A stretch of 64,000 bases of DNA, from the NCBI GenBank assembly GCA_951406725.2, contig OX597833.1, forward strand, positions 64,294,001-64,358,000. The letters run 5' to 3'. The notes below the pieces were generated by a model, which saw nothing but the letters and a program-made list of their open reading frames with translations, did not search any database and was not told the origin of the DNA. The DNA is from Octopus vulgaris (Eukaryota). Shown piece by piece: positions 16,325-30,927 of this stretch (positions within the stretch are counted from its first letter, which is position 1; each line of letters opens with the position of its first letter). A program made the position numbers and the translations under genes.

Positions 16325-16949
16325 TTGGATGAAACAGAAAAAAAAACCGTGGATGGAAATTATGGAAGGTTGTACATTAGCTAACCATATGAGAGTGTAT
16401 ATCAACTGACACAGTTCGGGACGTGCATCGACGATTCTACACTATTATATTAGAATCCACATCTACTTAGATAAATATGCCTTGCATTAACTGTGGATCA
16501 ATTGAACAGAAAGTTTTATTCTTCCTTGTTGAGAAGAGAGGAGTAAAATAAAGAAATACAGAAAAGGTTACATAAAAACGTGAAATATGTAAGTGTATAA
16601 ATTAGAGGATTGAAGAAATATAAAATCAGACCCTAAAACCTTCTTTGGGCACACCAATGAAACTGTATCCTCCAACGGGAAAAAATGTGGGTTGCTCCAC
16701 AGACCACAGGGATGGCATTCTGATAATTCTACTTCATATGATTATTTAAAAACTCACAGAACTGTACGTACGTACATACATAAACACACACACACACACA
16801 CACACACATACATACATACATACATACATACAAACATACATACATACATACATACATACATACATACATACACACACATACATACATAATACATACATAC
16901 ATATACAGTAAACATATATACATACAGATGAGGATGAAAGTGCGTATAC

Positions 16950-16983
<34 letters not shown>

Positions 16984-17260
16984 TTGTGTGTGTGTGTGTA
17001 TGTGTGTGTGTACATATAAATCGATACATAAACACATGCACAAAAGTTCGCGCTTGCATAGACACATATAAGCACATATATGCGTGTGTGTGTATGTGTC
17101 TATGTGAATTAGGGTGTGTTTGTGTGCATCAAGTATTGGGTATTTATATTCTGCAGACCATTAACTCGGTGCCACTCCTGCTACATGGGTCTGAGTCAAA
17201 GGACCGAATGCGGTTGGCCCGAAAACATGGAGCTCGAAATCAAACGACATACCCAATTCT

Positions 17261-17643
17261 TCTTTCTTTATTGCCCACAAAGGGCTAAACACATTGGGGA
17301 CAAACAAGGACAGACAAACGGATTAAGTCGATTACATCGACCCCTGTGCGTAACTGTATATATGTATGTGCGTATATATGTATGTCTATTTGTATATGTA
17401 CTTATATGTTCATACATATACATATATATATGTCCATATATATATTTATACTTGTATACATATATATATTTATATATATAGTCATACACATATATGTAGA
17501 CATACATATACATAAGTATTACATCCGAAAGGATGAAAGGCAAAGTCGACCTCGGCGGAATTTGAACTCAGAACGTTACGGCAGACGAAATAACGCTAAG
17601 CATTTCGCCCGGCGTGCTAATGTTTCTCCCAGCTCGCCGCCTT
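17261..17643 (-). mobile_element. SINE family A copy carrying an internal templated insertion
   Basis: TSD ACATACCCAATTCT at 17247-17260 and 17647-17660. Foreign segment at 17357-17524. Confidence 0.85.
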
Positions 17644-18700
17644 ACAACATACCCAATTCTGTCTTCTTGTACCGTACTCAGCGCACCATGCGTAGAACTT
17701 ACATAGAAAAATATGGAACCATCTTCAAAAATATGTTAATTTACAGTTTTAAGGTGGGAGATAATTCTAGCAACAAATTGTATCAAAGTTGCTTTCAATA
17801 CTTCTGCGTCACAATATGTTTACCTGTAAAAAGCTAGTTTTAAAATGGAGGTTATTGTAACCGATAATACATTTTGTATTTCTATTATGATTCGTCAATT
17901 TAAGGATTTTCAGGCAAAATAAGAGGTAAAAATGGTCTTGAAAGCATTTATTTACAATTTTAAAATAAAGTTCCTACGTAAAAAAAAAATATAACATTTA
18001 CTTTTCTTACGCAATGTGAAAATAACAAAGCCACCTGAGATATAGTGAAAATAATAGATTCCTAAATTGATAAATAAATACACAAATATACATACACACA
18101 CATACACACACACACACACACAGAGGTACACACTCACACACATACACAAATATATACATATATATACACATATACATATATGTATTTGATACATATAACT
18201 ATGCACCTATTTATATATATGAAAAAATATAAGCATGTATGGATATATATACATACATATGTCTGTGTATGTATGTGTGTTCTGTGTGTAGAAACGTCTA
18301 TCTTTTGCATTTATGGTGAACAAAGTTCGTTTGACCCGTCTTTATTCTCTATCATCAGTCTGTAATATACATATATGAATATATATTACGTATTTTATTT
18401 ATATTTTATTCATAAGTCGACTCACATACAAATAAATAAAAGCCTTCTCAGACGCACACGCACAAACACAAACGCACATGCGCAGACGCATATTCGCGCA
18501 ATGTTGGAAGAAAGGAGGCATACCCTAACGCTCGACCATTTTAACTTTTACAGACAAAAATCTAAGATTTATAGAAACATGCTTAAACGGATACACACGT
18601 ATACACACGTACATTTTAAAGCACCCACATACCTAGATGTTTAATGAGACACACATATTGTCAAACAGACATATTTAAATATAGACCCATAGCTACACAC

Positions 18701-18766
<66 letters not shown>

Positions 18767-18973
18767 ATATGTATATGTATGCGCAAATATATAAGGACAT
18801 ACACACATTTATTGCACAAAAGTTTTGTCTGTTATTTATTTATCTTAGAATTATCGCATCTTTATGGCGCTGTCTTTTCTACTGCAGTTTGTCTGGTTCT
18901 GAAATCTATATACACACACATATACACACACACACATATATATATATTTATAAATAGTACATATATAAATATA

Positions 18974-19021
<48 letters not shown>

Positions 19022-19091
19022 CATTAATACTTGAATATATATATATATATATATATACATACATCCATGTATATATATGCACACACATATG

Positions 19092-19135
<44 letters not shown>

Positions 19136-19237
19136 CATGTATGTGTGTTTGTGTGTGTGTGTGTTTGTACGCGAAGAAACAAAGATGGGAGAGAGATACA
19201 TACGTTGATTTATTGGCATAAATATGAAGATATAAGC

Positions 19238-19271
<34 letters not shown>

Positions 19272-19516
19272 ATACACACACACATACCTACACACACAGT
19301 ATGCAGCTACATATTTACCGATATAAGTATGCATATATATATATAAGTATATATATATATATATATATACATATATATATACATACACATACATGTATAG
19401 AAAGAAATCTATAGGTGAATATATTGATGTATATAAACAACAAATATTAACTGTGAGACGATATTAACCCGCATTGTAAGTATGTACGTATATGTATGTG
19501 TATATGTATGTATATA

Positions 19517-19547
<31 letters not shown>

Positions 19548-19718
19548 GCATGTATATATATATGTACATGTATGTGCATACATACATATATACATATATA
19601 TATATACATATATATATATGGATGGATAGATACATAGACAGATAGATAAATAGATAAAAAGATAGACAGATAGATAGATAGATATTTAGATAGATATATA
19701 GCTAGGTATGTAGGTAGG

Positions 19719-19809
<91 letters not shown>

Positions 19810-20655
19810 GTAGATAGATAGATGAATAGGTATATAAATGTGTGCTACGAATAAGAGTTGAGTCTATATTATTGTCTAGAAGTATATTCAATTTCTGTTG
19901 CTTGCAACCCAACAGTTCAAGAGTTCACATTAAAATGAAAAAACTCACATTGATGCTATAAACAACATAATATTTCTCTGCGTGTTGTATCAGTAGTTTT
20001 ACTACATATTAAAAATTTTGTCTGAAAATATATAACATAAATGGTTATTTTGAGATGACAAAATTTTATGTTTTCTGTCTTACAGGCATCCATTTTCTTT
20101 TACACATATCTCAAATACATCTTCATTATACCCCTCCTGTTTGTCTCTATATAGCCAATAAAGGGCTATCAAATAAAGATAAAAAAGGATGATATTAGAA
20201 CTAAAAATGAAGTAAAATACAGCCCCCCTAGTAAAACGCAAACGTCAGACAGTCAAAATGCAAAAACCACAAAATATTTAGGGGGTGAACACAAGAGTGT
20301 TAATTCTTCATGCGTGGTGGTAGCTGGCGTGGACATTATGGTGCAAACTGCCTCTTCCTGCATCCAAAACCATACAACAGGCAGACCAAAGGCAAAAGAA
20401 TCTCCCCAAAAGACACAAAAAGACGCCAATGAGCAAAATGTCGTGTATCACCACTTGCATCAAATCTAATATATGCCGTTGTACTGCGCACTTACTTCTA
20501 CAAAGAAAACCCTACACAGAAGCCGTCATATATTTTTCAGCGGTGGTGCCCTAGCATGGTCGCAGCTTTGAAACTGAAACCATTGAAAGGTTTAAAGATT
20601 AAAAGATATATCACTTTTTGAACAGAACAGCAAACTGTATATATATATATGTGTG

Positions 20656-20726
<71 letters not shown>

Positions 20727-20741
20727 GTGTGTGTAAACATA

Positions 20742-20941
20742 GTGACCGCGTGTGTACCTTTGGCGATATTTTTCCCTCTGTCTTCCCTTTTCTGGATCTT
20801 TCCTTCTCCTATGTTTCCGACGAAGAGCTCCGCTCGAAACGTAAGACCCTCCTTCTTTCCTGAGCGTCTAATAATACTATATTTGTTCCACGTCCTCGCG
20901 TTGTTGTGTTTTCTCTTTGTGTTTTCATGTTTGGATTAACT
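20742..20941 (+). mobile_element. Short repeat family H2 with hammerhead motif
   Basis: Homologous to 27159-27363. Motif GTTT-CCGACGA-A-GAGC-tcc-GCTC-GAAACGTA-AGAC. Followed by (TA)n. Confidence 0.75.
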
Positions 20942-20974
20942 TTATATATATATATATATATATAATAATAATAA

Positions 20975-21241
20975 ATATTAGGGAATAAATCCAAATTTAC
21001 AGGGAAAAAATCAGATTTAGGATTAAATCCAATTTTATAGTAAAATATTATATAATATTAATTCGAGACAAAACCACTATTTTGCAAAACAAACAAGGAA
21101 AGACTTAATCAATACATAAAATTTTATACATAAAATTTTAATAGAAAGTAAATAAATTCTATTAAAATTTTATGTATTGATTAAGTCTTTCCTTGTTTGT
21201 TTTGCAAAATAGTGGTTTTGTCTCGAATTAATATTATATAT
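20975..21241. mobile_element. (TA)n-embedded short element ending in a perfect fold-back
   Basis: 21049-21126 is an essentially perfect reverse complement of 21163-21241. Confidence 0.7.
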
Positions 21242-21255
21242 ATATATATAAACGT

Positions 21256-21288
<33 letters not shown>

Positions 21289-21891
21289 TATATATATATG
21301 TATGCATGCATGCATGTATGTATGTGAGAGAGCATGGAGAGGAAGATGAGAGGAATATGTAAAACTGGATGAACGACATTCTTTATTTCATATCTTACAT
21401 ATTTCCATCCATCGTTACACCGCCAGTAAATCGGTGAGACATAATTGTTGAGGTATTGGGTGATCCCTATCATCCATCAAATGTGTAAAATGTGTTTCTT
21501 AGGGTGATTATTTTGACTAAGTCCTTCACAGATGAGTCCTTCATGGATCTGTCGTTTGTTAGATCTATAAGAGATAGATGAATATCCAAATAGTGTTCTT
21601 TTTTCCAACAATTTTTAATCAGAAAATGACGATGCAATGTAATTTCGATTACTTCCATATTTGAAGTAATCCACGTTCGTTGCAATAGAAATGCATTTAA
21701 CTAGTTGCGTTCTAAAGCTACATTTACATATCATTTTCTTTCAAAGGCATTAATTTCCCCGAAGACAAGACACGTTGTACTGCCAATTGCATGCCTTCAC
21801 TACACTATTTCGTATTCCGTAGCAACCAGTCTTTCTCATATTTCTATTTTTTCCTTTACTACTCCCTTCTTCGCACTTTTAGTCTTTTATT

Positions 21892-22098
21892 ATTTTATTT
21901 GTTTCAGTAATTTGACTGCGGCCATGCTGGAGCGCCGCTTTTAGTTGAACAAATCGACTCCAGGACTAATTCTTTGCAAGCTTAGTACTTATTCTATCGG
22001 TCTCTTTTGCCGAAATGATAAGTTGCGGGGACACAAACACACAAACATGAGCTGTCAAGCGATGGTGGTAGGACGAACACAGATACACAAACACACAC

Positions 22099-22157
<59 letters not shown>

Positions 22158-22295
22158 TATAGTTTCTGTCTACCAAATCCATTCACAATGTTTTAGTCGT
22201 CCCGAAGCTATAGTAGAAGACACTTACCCAAGGTTACCACACAGTGGGACTGAATTCGGAACCATGTGGTTGGCAAGCAAGCTACTTACCACACA
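21892..22295 (-). mobile_element. SINE family B copy with internal (CA)n
   Basis: Colinear with 7150-7584. Confidence 0.85.
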
Positions 22296-23319
22296 TTACA
22301 AAAGACTATGAGCATCCAACAACATTACTGACATTATGAGCCAAGATTTAGTCTTTGTTTAGCCCATCCATCCAAAAAGCTGGAAAAAAAAAATGCCTCA
22401 ATTACGAGAAAAAAAAAACTTGATTTTGCTGACTTTCCCAACCGTTCAGATAGTCGATATGGTGTCCTGACAGTCAATGAGCCTTCTCACAATTTTATCA
22501 TGTTGTTTCCACAAGAAGTGAAAAACTTTACGTTCCACTTTCGTGCAATTAAACAGAAGCACGCTCCAATTCTCTGACCATGTTAAGCAATAAAAGAGAC
22601 GTATTCTGTCGCCACATCTACATTCCTATTCACGGATATCGTTTTTTCTTTTTAGGCGATTTCAGACTGAAATTGGCCATCGTGCTCGTAAATTGGTTCT
22701 ACCATTTAACTACCGATCGAGACTCAAACCACGTGGACAGAATAATTGTGCCTTCGATCCACGGCGTTGGTAGGAATGGAGAGGCCTCTGCGGTCGACGA
22801 TTGAGAAGACCAGCAACGAACGGGATTCGGTAAGTTTTCCGCTCAACATATGAGTTCGATTATTTCAGTATGGCGCCATCCACAACAACAGGAACAACAA
22901 CAACAAAAACACCACCACCACCACCACCAACAGCAACAACAACAATATTGATAATATTAATAATAAAATTCAAGAAATAGAAGACGATAGGAAACAAGAA
23001 CACGAACAACAATAGCATTTTATAAATGGTTTCTAAAATTGGTCTAAGGCCACCTATTTTATGGGGGAGGGGTAGCGATAACCGATTAAATCAACGTAAA
23101 TTGTTATAATTCAATATCGAAAAGCTTTTAAATTGAGACACTAACGATGTCGAGATCAATAATAATAATAACAACAACAACTACAAAAGCAACAACAACA
23201 ACAACAACAACAATAACAACAACAATAATGATAATAATAGTAATAGCAATAATAATGATAAGAATGATGATGATGATGATGATGATAATGATGATAATGA
23301 TAATAATAATAATAATAAT

Positions 23320-23394
<75 letters not shown>

Positions 23395-23740
23395 TGCATA
23401 TGGGGAAAATATAAAATAAATCTATACAGGTAATGATTATAAAACATCTACTTTCACTTTCACCGAAATAATTGAACGGGGAATAAACACCCAAACACAC
23501 ACACAGACAGACACGGAAACACGCATACATACACGTGCGCGCGCACAGACCAAATGCAAATACACACGCACACACACACATACAACGCGCTCACATACAC
23601 TTGCAATCTTCCTCTCTCTCTCACACACACACGCAAACGTTTGAAGGGATAAACACATATACAGGTATCTGTACATGGCCGTGTGGGTCTATATGTCATT
23701 TCTATTTAAAATCCATTATGAACAGAGCACTTTTAATCGC

Positions 23741-23778
<38 letters not shown>

Positions 23779-24046
23779 TGTGTCTGTGTGTTCGTTTATA
23801 TGTATACGTGTGCGTGTGTGCGTATAATTGCGTGTGTATATGCTTGAACATTCATTTGTACGGATAATCAAATACATATATACATTATAGTATATTATAT
23901 TATATTATATATTTTTTCTTTTATATATATTATATATATATATGTGTGTATGTGTGTGTGTGTATATATCAAAAATATATATTATACACACACACATATA
24001 TAATGATTAGTACAAACTGAGATATGTGAGTTACTCTGCACGCGAG

Positions 24047-24108
<62 letters not shown>

Positions 24109-24724
24109 TGTGTGTATATATGTGTGTGCGTGTATATATATATATATACGTAATTAAATTGATAGATGCTTACAACAAATAGATATTTATACACACACAT
24201 CCCTATATATATATATATATATATACACACACATACTGTATTAGATACACCTTTATCACTTACCATCCAAGTCGTACGCCCACAAACACACACATATCTA
24301 TATATGCACCTATGCGTGTATGTGCTTCTTCGTATACATGTGTTTACGTATGTTTGCGCCTGCGCAATATGATTATTGCTAACGTTCTATTGATACACAC
24401 GCCGGACATGTGTGAGCATGCACGGGAGTTAAGGGCCATCATTGTATCCGATGTTTTATTACCCGACTTCTTTTGTTTCCCCGTTCAGTTTATTCTCTGT
24501 TCATGACGATCGACTCAGCACACGCTCTCAATATATATATATATTGGATTCTGCCTTATCAATGCGACCGAACGTTGTCAGACGTTGTTCTGCGTTTAGC
24601 AGTTGTGTAAACCAATCCGTAATCCTGCGAATGTTACGATTAGATTGCAGGCGTTTAAAATAAATATGGAAGATTCACTGTGATATATTTGCAGTTTGAC
24701 ATTTTATCGAATTTGCCATTAGAC

Positions 24725-24772
<48 letters not shown>

Positions 24773-25755
24773 TCAGTCACACAAACACAAACAATACATA
24801 TATATTTAATATATTTACATACACACACACAGAGACACACATACACACAGCTGAAAAGCAAGAGGACAGCGGAGATTTATTCTCATCCAAAACTTTACTT
24901 TGACCATTTTTGATATTTTAACATCCGAAGCAGCTGGAGGTACGATAGTTTGGCCAAAAGGACTGGCTCTTGCAAGCAAAAATAAATGTTGAAGATAAAC
25001 GTATTTTGCCAAATTTGGAAATACAACAGATTAACATAACAGCAATGATGTATACATATATAAGAGACAGAAGGAATGGGCGATACATATTTATTTATTA
25101 GAAACTTACATCTGTTTCAGATACGCGTTTTGGTAGATTCATGGTTCAATCGAATCAATCGATCGATTGATTGACTGTTTTTATACGGAACAGTCATCCT
25201 AACAGATCCTCTTCAGAGCTGCGGTTGGGGATCTCATTTTGGGTCCTAATGACTGAAAACTCAGGCATGACTGCTTCTACTCGAAATTAATCAAAGAACG
25301 TATGTTGTCAATTATTATATCAAATAAATCTGGTATTTATGCGAAGAAGTATGTTTGCAGTGTTCGCATGAACGCTTCTAAACAATGGAAGTAACCCTAT
25401 TCTAATTTTTGCCTAGAGGAAGGTTTAGATCTGTTTTAAAGTATACAATAATATACTTCGGATTACGTCGTTTAAAGAAATTAATCGTTGTTTACTTTTG
25501 GGTATGTTTTCGTTGAAACGCTGACTGGTATGCTTTAAATTTAGTAAATGTGAGAGATATTCCTTCGTTGATTTTACAGAACGTAAACCTTTCAAATTTT
25601 AAATAAAAGCTTAAATGGCCTTATAGTTAGAAAGTAATGGCATAGAAATGTGTATTTACGTTGGATGTAAATCCTTTTGAAACAAGTGCTGTCGGTTACA
25701 TATATAAGTTTTTTTAATGTTAACTGTTGCATTAACATAGACAGAAGATTATATG

Positions 25756-25805
<50 letters not shown>

Positions 25806-26132
25806 TGTTACGGAAAGAAAATATAAAATACACGTGGAAATGTAAGGGTAAAATATGAAAAATCAACGAAAATGCATATTGCAAATAGAAAAAGGCTATC
25901 TATGACAGATAACGACAAATATATACATCTAGATTGACTGAGGTAGTAATACGAGTCATAAAGCTCATTATTATGAGATTATTATAAGATGATAATAAAG
26001 TAAGAGAACAAAACGAACCTACGATTAACGCAAAGCTATTCATCGTTTGAACAACACCGGTTAATACACAGTGTCAGGTCTAATAGTTCCTGTATATGTA
26101 TATACCTATATACACGCAGAAATAATTGTGTC

Positions 26133-26225
26133 GTGAGTAGCTTCCGAACCAGTCACATGGTTCTGGATTCAGTCCCACTGCGTTGCGTGGCATCTTCGGC
26201 AAGTGTCTTCTACTATAATCTGGGT
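26133..26225 (+). mobile_element. SINE family B 5' fragment
   Basis: CACATGGTTCTGGATTCAGTCCCACTGCG...GGCAAGTGTCTTCTACTATA. Confidence 0.7.
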
Positions 26226-26809
26226 TCGTTTCGCTTTTATGTTAATGCGGTTGTAGACTATATGCTAATGCATATGGCTTTTTTACTAACTATGTATATT
26301 CTTCTGACTAAATTTCAAAATGTAGCTGACAAATCGACTATTTTAATATTGCACTCAACTACAGACTTTAAATAGAACAATGTGAATGATTCACTATGCT
26401 GACGTTCATTCTGAATTTGTATCTCTCTCTTCATTTGTCTTTCTAAGTATTGATAACCATCATGTGAGCATAGTTCATATGTAAGTTCCGGAGTCTTACA
26501 ATAAATTTTTACAGTAAATGTAAAATTCCTTTTCATTCTGACAAAATATTAATGACAACGGATAGAGATCTTTCTTGAGAAAAAACTAATTTAAATTAGA
26601 CTGATTTCCTTTGTTCATAGTTATTGTTGCTTTGATGTTATTGTATTGCTGACGCAGAGACAGCGAACTAGTTAGATTAAACTGAGTGCATGAATGCATA
26701 CATACACACATACATGCACACACGTACATACATACGTACGAGCATGTATAGATATGCAAGTATATGCATGAGAAGACATACACTAAATAAAACATACAAA
26801 TCTGTACTT

Positions 26810-26873
<64 letters not shown>

Positions 26874-26901
26874 ATACATAAATACATACATACATAGAGA
26901 G

Positions 26902-26958
<57 letters not shown>

Positions 26959-27158
26959 AAAATACACTGTTGATGTAGTTGAAATTCCAATGAAGGGTCT
27001 TTGGGTCTGAAATTAAAAACCGGCTCTTTCTCTATTGGCAAGAAATCTTGCAATAAACCTGACTAATGACATACACACACACAAAAACACATTCATATAT
27101 ATATATATATATTCATATATCTATATGTGTATATATATATATATATTTGTTTCAAAAT

Positions 27159-27359
27159 GTGACCTCGTGTGTACCGTTGGCGATATTTTTTCCTCTGTCT
27201 TCCCTTCTCTGGATCTTTCCTTCTCCTATGTTTCTGACAAAGAGCTGCGCTCGAAACGTTAAACCCTCATTCTTTCCTTCTTTCCTGAGCGTCCAATAAT
27301 GCTATATTTGTTCCACGTCCTCGGGTTGTTGTGTTTTTTTGTGCTTTCTTGTTTGGATC

Positions 27360-27363
<4 letters not shown>
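27159..27363 (+). mobile_element. Short repeat family H2 with hammerhead motif
   Basis: Motif GTTT-CTGACAA-A-GAGC-tgc-GCTC-GAAACGTT-AAAC. The 3' end abuts (TA)n. Confidence 0.75.
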
Positions 27364-27407
<44 letters not shown>

Positions 27408-27704
27408 TATAATAGTTTATGATAATAATATGTATTCTCCCATTGGAAGCGAAATTTTAAATACAGACAAATAACTGAAAAATGATGAGCTAACCTCAGG
27501 CAGAACCGAACCCACAAATCAACGCTTATAGGGCTCCTTGCTCATCCGAATGTCCAAGCGCTCACACATCAATTTCAATCAAAATTAGTTAATATTTAAA
27601 CTGTCTTATACTACATTTATTTATTAATTTATTATTTATTATACTGTGTGTCTTCCATATTGGCTTTCCCTCCGTAACTTACAAGTCTCGGTATGATTGA
27701 ATGT

Positions 27705-27938
27705 AAGGCGGCGAGCTGGCAGAATCATTAGCACGCCGGGCGAAATGCTTAGCAGTATTTCGTCTGCCATTACGTTCTGAGTTCAAATTCCGCCAAGGTC
27801 GACTTTGTCTTTCATGCTTTCGAGGTCGATAAATTAAGTACCAGTTACGCACTAGGGTCGATGTAATCGACTTAATACCTATGTCTGTCCTTGTTTGTCC
27901 CCTCTATGTTTAGCCCCCTTGTGGGTAATAAAGAAATA
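27705..27938 (+). mobile_element. SINE family A full-length copy with 15-bp TSD
   Basis: TSD GGTATGATTGAATGT at 27690-27704 and 27939-27953. Confidence 0.92.
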
Positions 27939-28236
27939 GGTATGATTGAATGTCTTTCCGTCTTCTAAAATGTTTGGTCTTGCTTTTACCTACGCAACAT
28001 TTACTTACTCTAAAAGAATATTGCCCCCTCAAGAATTACATTCGTTTTTCTGAACAGTAATATAAACGTTCGTGTTTCTCTACTAGAACGTTTTTCTAGA
28101 CACATTTGGTGGGTTAATTACGGAAACCTAGATTTCGACAGAATTGGGATATGTGAACGCTTCCGATGTTCTAGGACAAGAATCGTACGGTAGCGTTGTT
28201 ATCCAACAATCAATGCTGTAGACAAGTAAAGAAATT

Positions 28237-28479
28237 ATATTTTAAATATTCTATGATTCAACATTTTCAAAGAGACCTCTTCTCAAATTATGAGCTATAA
28301 TAGCTGTCTTGCACATGTAGAAGTCAGACGGTTCTTTGCTGGAATTTTTAATGGTTATTCTGTGCAGAACGGTTTGATTTCTGCTTGTGCAAGACAGCTA
28401 TTATACCCCATAATCTGAGAAGAGCTCATCTCGGTTCATGTCTCTTTGAAAATGCTGCATCACAGAATATTTAAAATAT
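28237..28479. repeat. Diverged inverted repeat (hairpin, ~100-bp arms)
   Basis: TTTTCAAAGAGAC...ATAATAGCTGTCTTGCACA pairs with TGTGCAAGACAGCTATTAT...GTCTCTTTGAAAA. Confidence 0.75.
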
Positions 28480-28778
28480 CATAAACCTATATTTAAAATA
28501 TCAGTTATTCTGTGAAGAAGGCCATTGTATCTTCATTATATAAGATTCCACCCGACGTCTGTCTGATCTTCTATTTAATGTGATGCTTGGACTACATCCA
28601 ACCAGATTTCTGCGACGCATCAACTGTCCATATATAGAAGCAGGAACTTAGATGACAATTTACGCATTTCTGCTGTCAATCGCTTGTTGGAAATATATTC
28701 CCCAGCGTAATTTTAACCCAGCTGAGCTGATCGTAAACCTTCAAAGGGAATTTCAGCGTGAAACTCAGATCGGCCTTA

Positions 28779-28822
<44 letters not shown>

Positions 28823-29489
28823 GAGAGAAAGAGAAAGAGAGAGAGAGAGAGAGATAGGGTGACAATGATTCAAATACAGGTCAAGTCTTAGGAACAGCGT
28901 CATGCTCTCTGTAAAAATGTCTGTGGAATTTAGAAGACTATTTGACATTTTCCATCGTAACGAACACTGGTGAATCATGACAGAATACGAACTCCCAGAC
29001 TTGTGTATTGTCCTCATATATCCTTAGCATAGGGTCATTTTTGGTAGAGTTTTCAATGATAGAAGCTAATAGTGCCCAGAACCATATGGACTCTGGCAAA
29101 GTCTGAGAGCGATGTGATCTTCCTTAAAATATAAAGGTTTAACGAAGGAGTATACCAAACAAAATATATTTCTCACTTTCAGAGACGAATCTCCACCGTG
29201 CAATTTTTAACTATTCTATATGGCGGTGTCCAATTACATTAGTTAAGCCAGTTTCCAGTGCATTTGATGCGGTCACCATTAAAAGCAAGACAAGAATAAT
29301 CCAGATTGATGTATATCTTTGACGTATGTTACGCAAATATGTCTTTATATGCGGAAATATAATATATGAATACATGCAGCGCTGTTCACAGTTTGAATAT
29401 TATGACATAATATTAATTATTGACGCATTGATAATATTTTTTAATAAAGAAAATATCATCATTCATTTCATATATTTATAATCGTAACA

Positions 29490-29706
<217 letters not shown>

Positions 29707-29989
29707 AAGAAAGAGAAGAATAATGACATGAATCGCCTCAGGATGTTGGAAACCAATTCGTGAATATGTTTATATGTGTGTCTGTGTATGTGTGAATGTT
29801 TGTGTGTGTGCATGTGAGTGTGTGTGTGTGTGTCTGTGGGTGTCTGTGTCTGTGTGCGTGTGTTTATGGATACTTAGAAAGAAAAGGAGACAGACAGACT
29901 GACAGATAGATAAATGGATCGATAGATAGACAGACACGGAGATAGATAGATAGATTAGATAGATAGATAGATTAGATAGATAGATAGAT

Positions 29990-30047
<58 letters not shown>

Positions 30048-30868
30048 TATTGATAGATAGATAGATAGATAGATAGATAGACAGATAGATAGATAAGTAC
30101 GGTCTTTTGCTCAACAAATGAGATACATAATAGACAATATATGTCAATAATTTTACATAATAAACAAGACAAAATAACCCAATGCGTATGATGCAATATG
30201 TGTATACAAATTCGATTTTGGACGTCATTGCCAGGTCTTTGCGTAAGACAATGAACAGAAGCTGTTCGATTCGTACTAAGATATATGCTACCAGTGTGCA
30301 TTACTCTGGTCTTTCATTATATAAATTTAGGGAAGTAAATCTAACTGCAAATGTCCTTAGTAACATAGTGAAGTCATAAACCTGTCCAAAAGGTTTTATA
30401 TAATTTAGCTGAGTGTGTATACAGCTTAGCACCAGTGACGTCTCAACTCATGTCTACAGCTGAATTATAGCAAATGAATTATAGCAAAGTAAAACATATT
30501 AAATATAAATATTAGAAATATTAAAACATGCAAATTAATGGTAGAATAGAAATAATTAACTTAATTTGATTAAATTAAATTAATTATACATCACTGTTCT
30601 CCTGAGTGCAAGCCGTATGGACAAAAAAGTAAATTATTATTACAGAGGACTTGATAAAGGAAATACCAGAAAAGTATATCGGATACATATATATATATAT
30701 ATATAATAATATAATATATATTTAATATAACACTACGATCGTTTCATTGTATGATTTGCCTAATAGTGGTTTTATCTCTAATTTAATATAATATATATAT
30801 ATATGTATATATATATGAGATATACGAGCATCATAATAAAGAATGTGAGTCTAGTTAGGTATAAACTA

Positions 30869-30927
<59 letters not shown>

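Noticed and set aside
25125-25225. Possible hammerhead on the - strand (CTGAAGA...AAAACGCGTA)
   Set aside because: GAAA is mutated, and stem I and the long stem II are unconvincing.
25939-25948. TGAGGTAGTA, identical to the let-7 5' end
   Set aside because: The match stops after 10 nt and there is no precursor hairpin.
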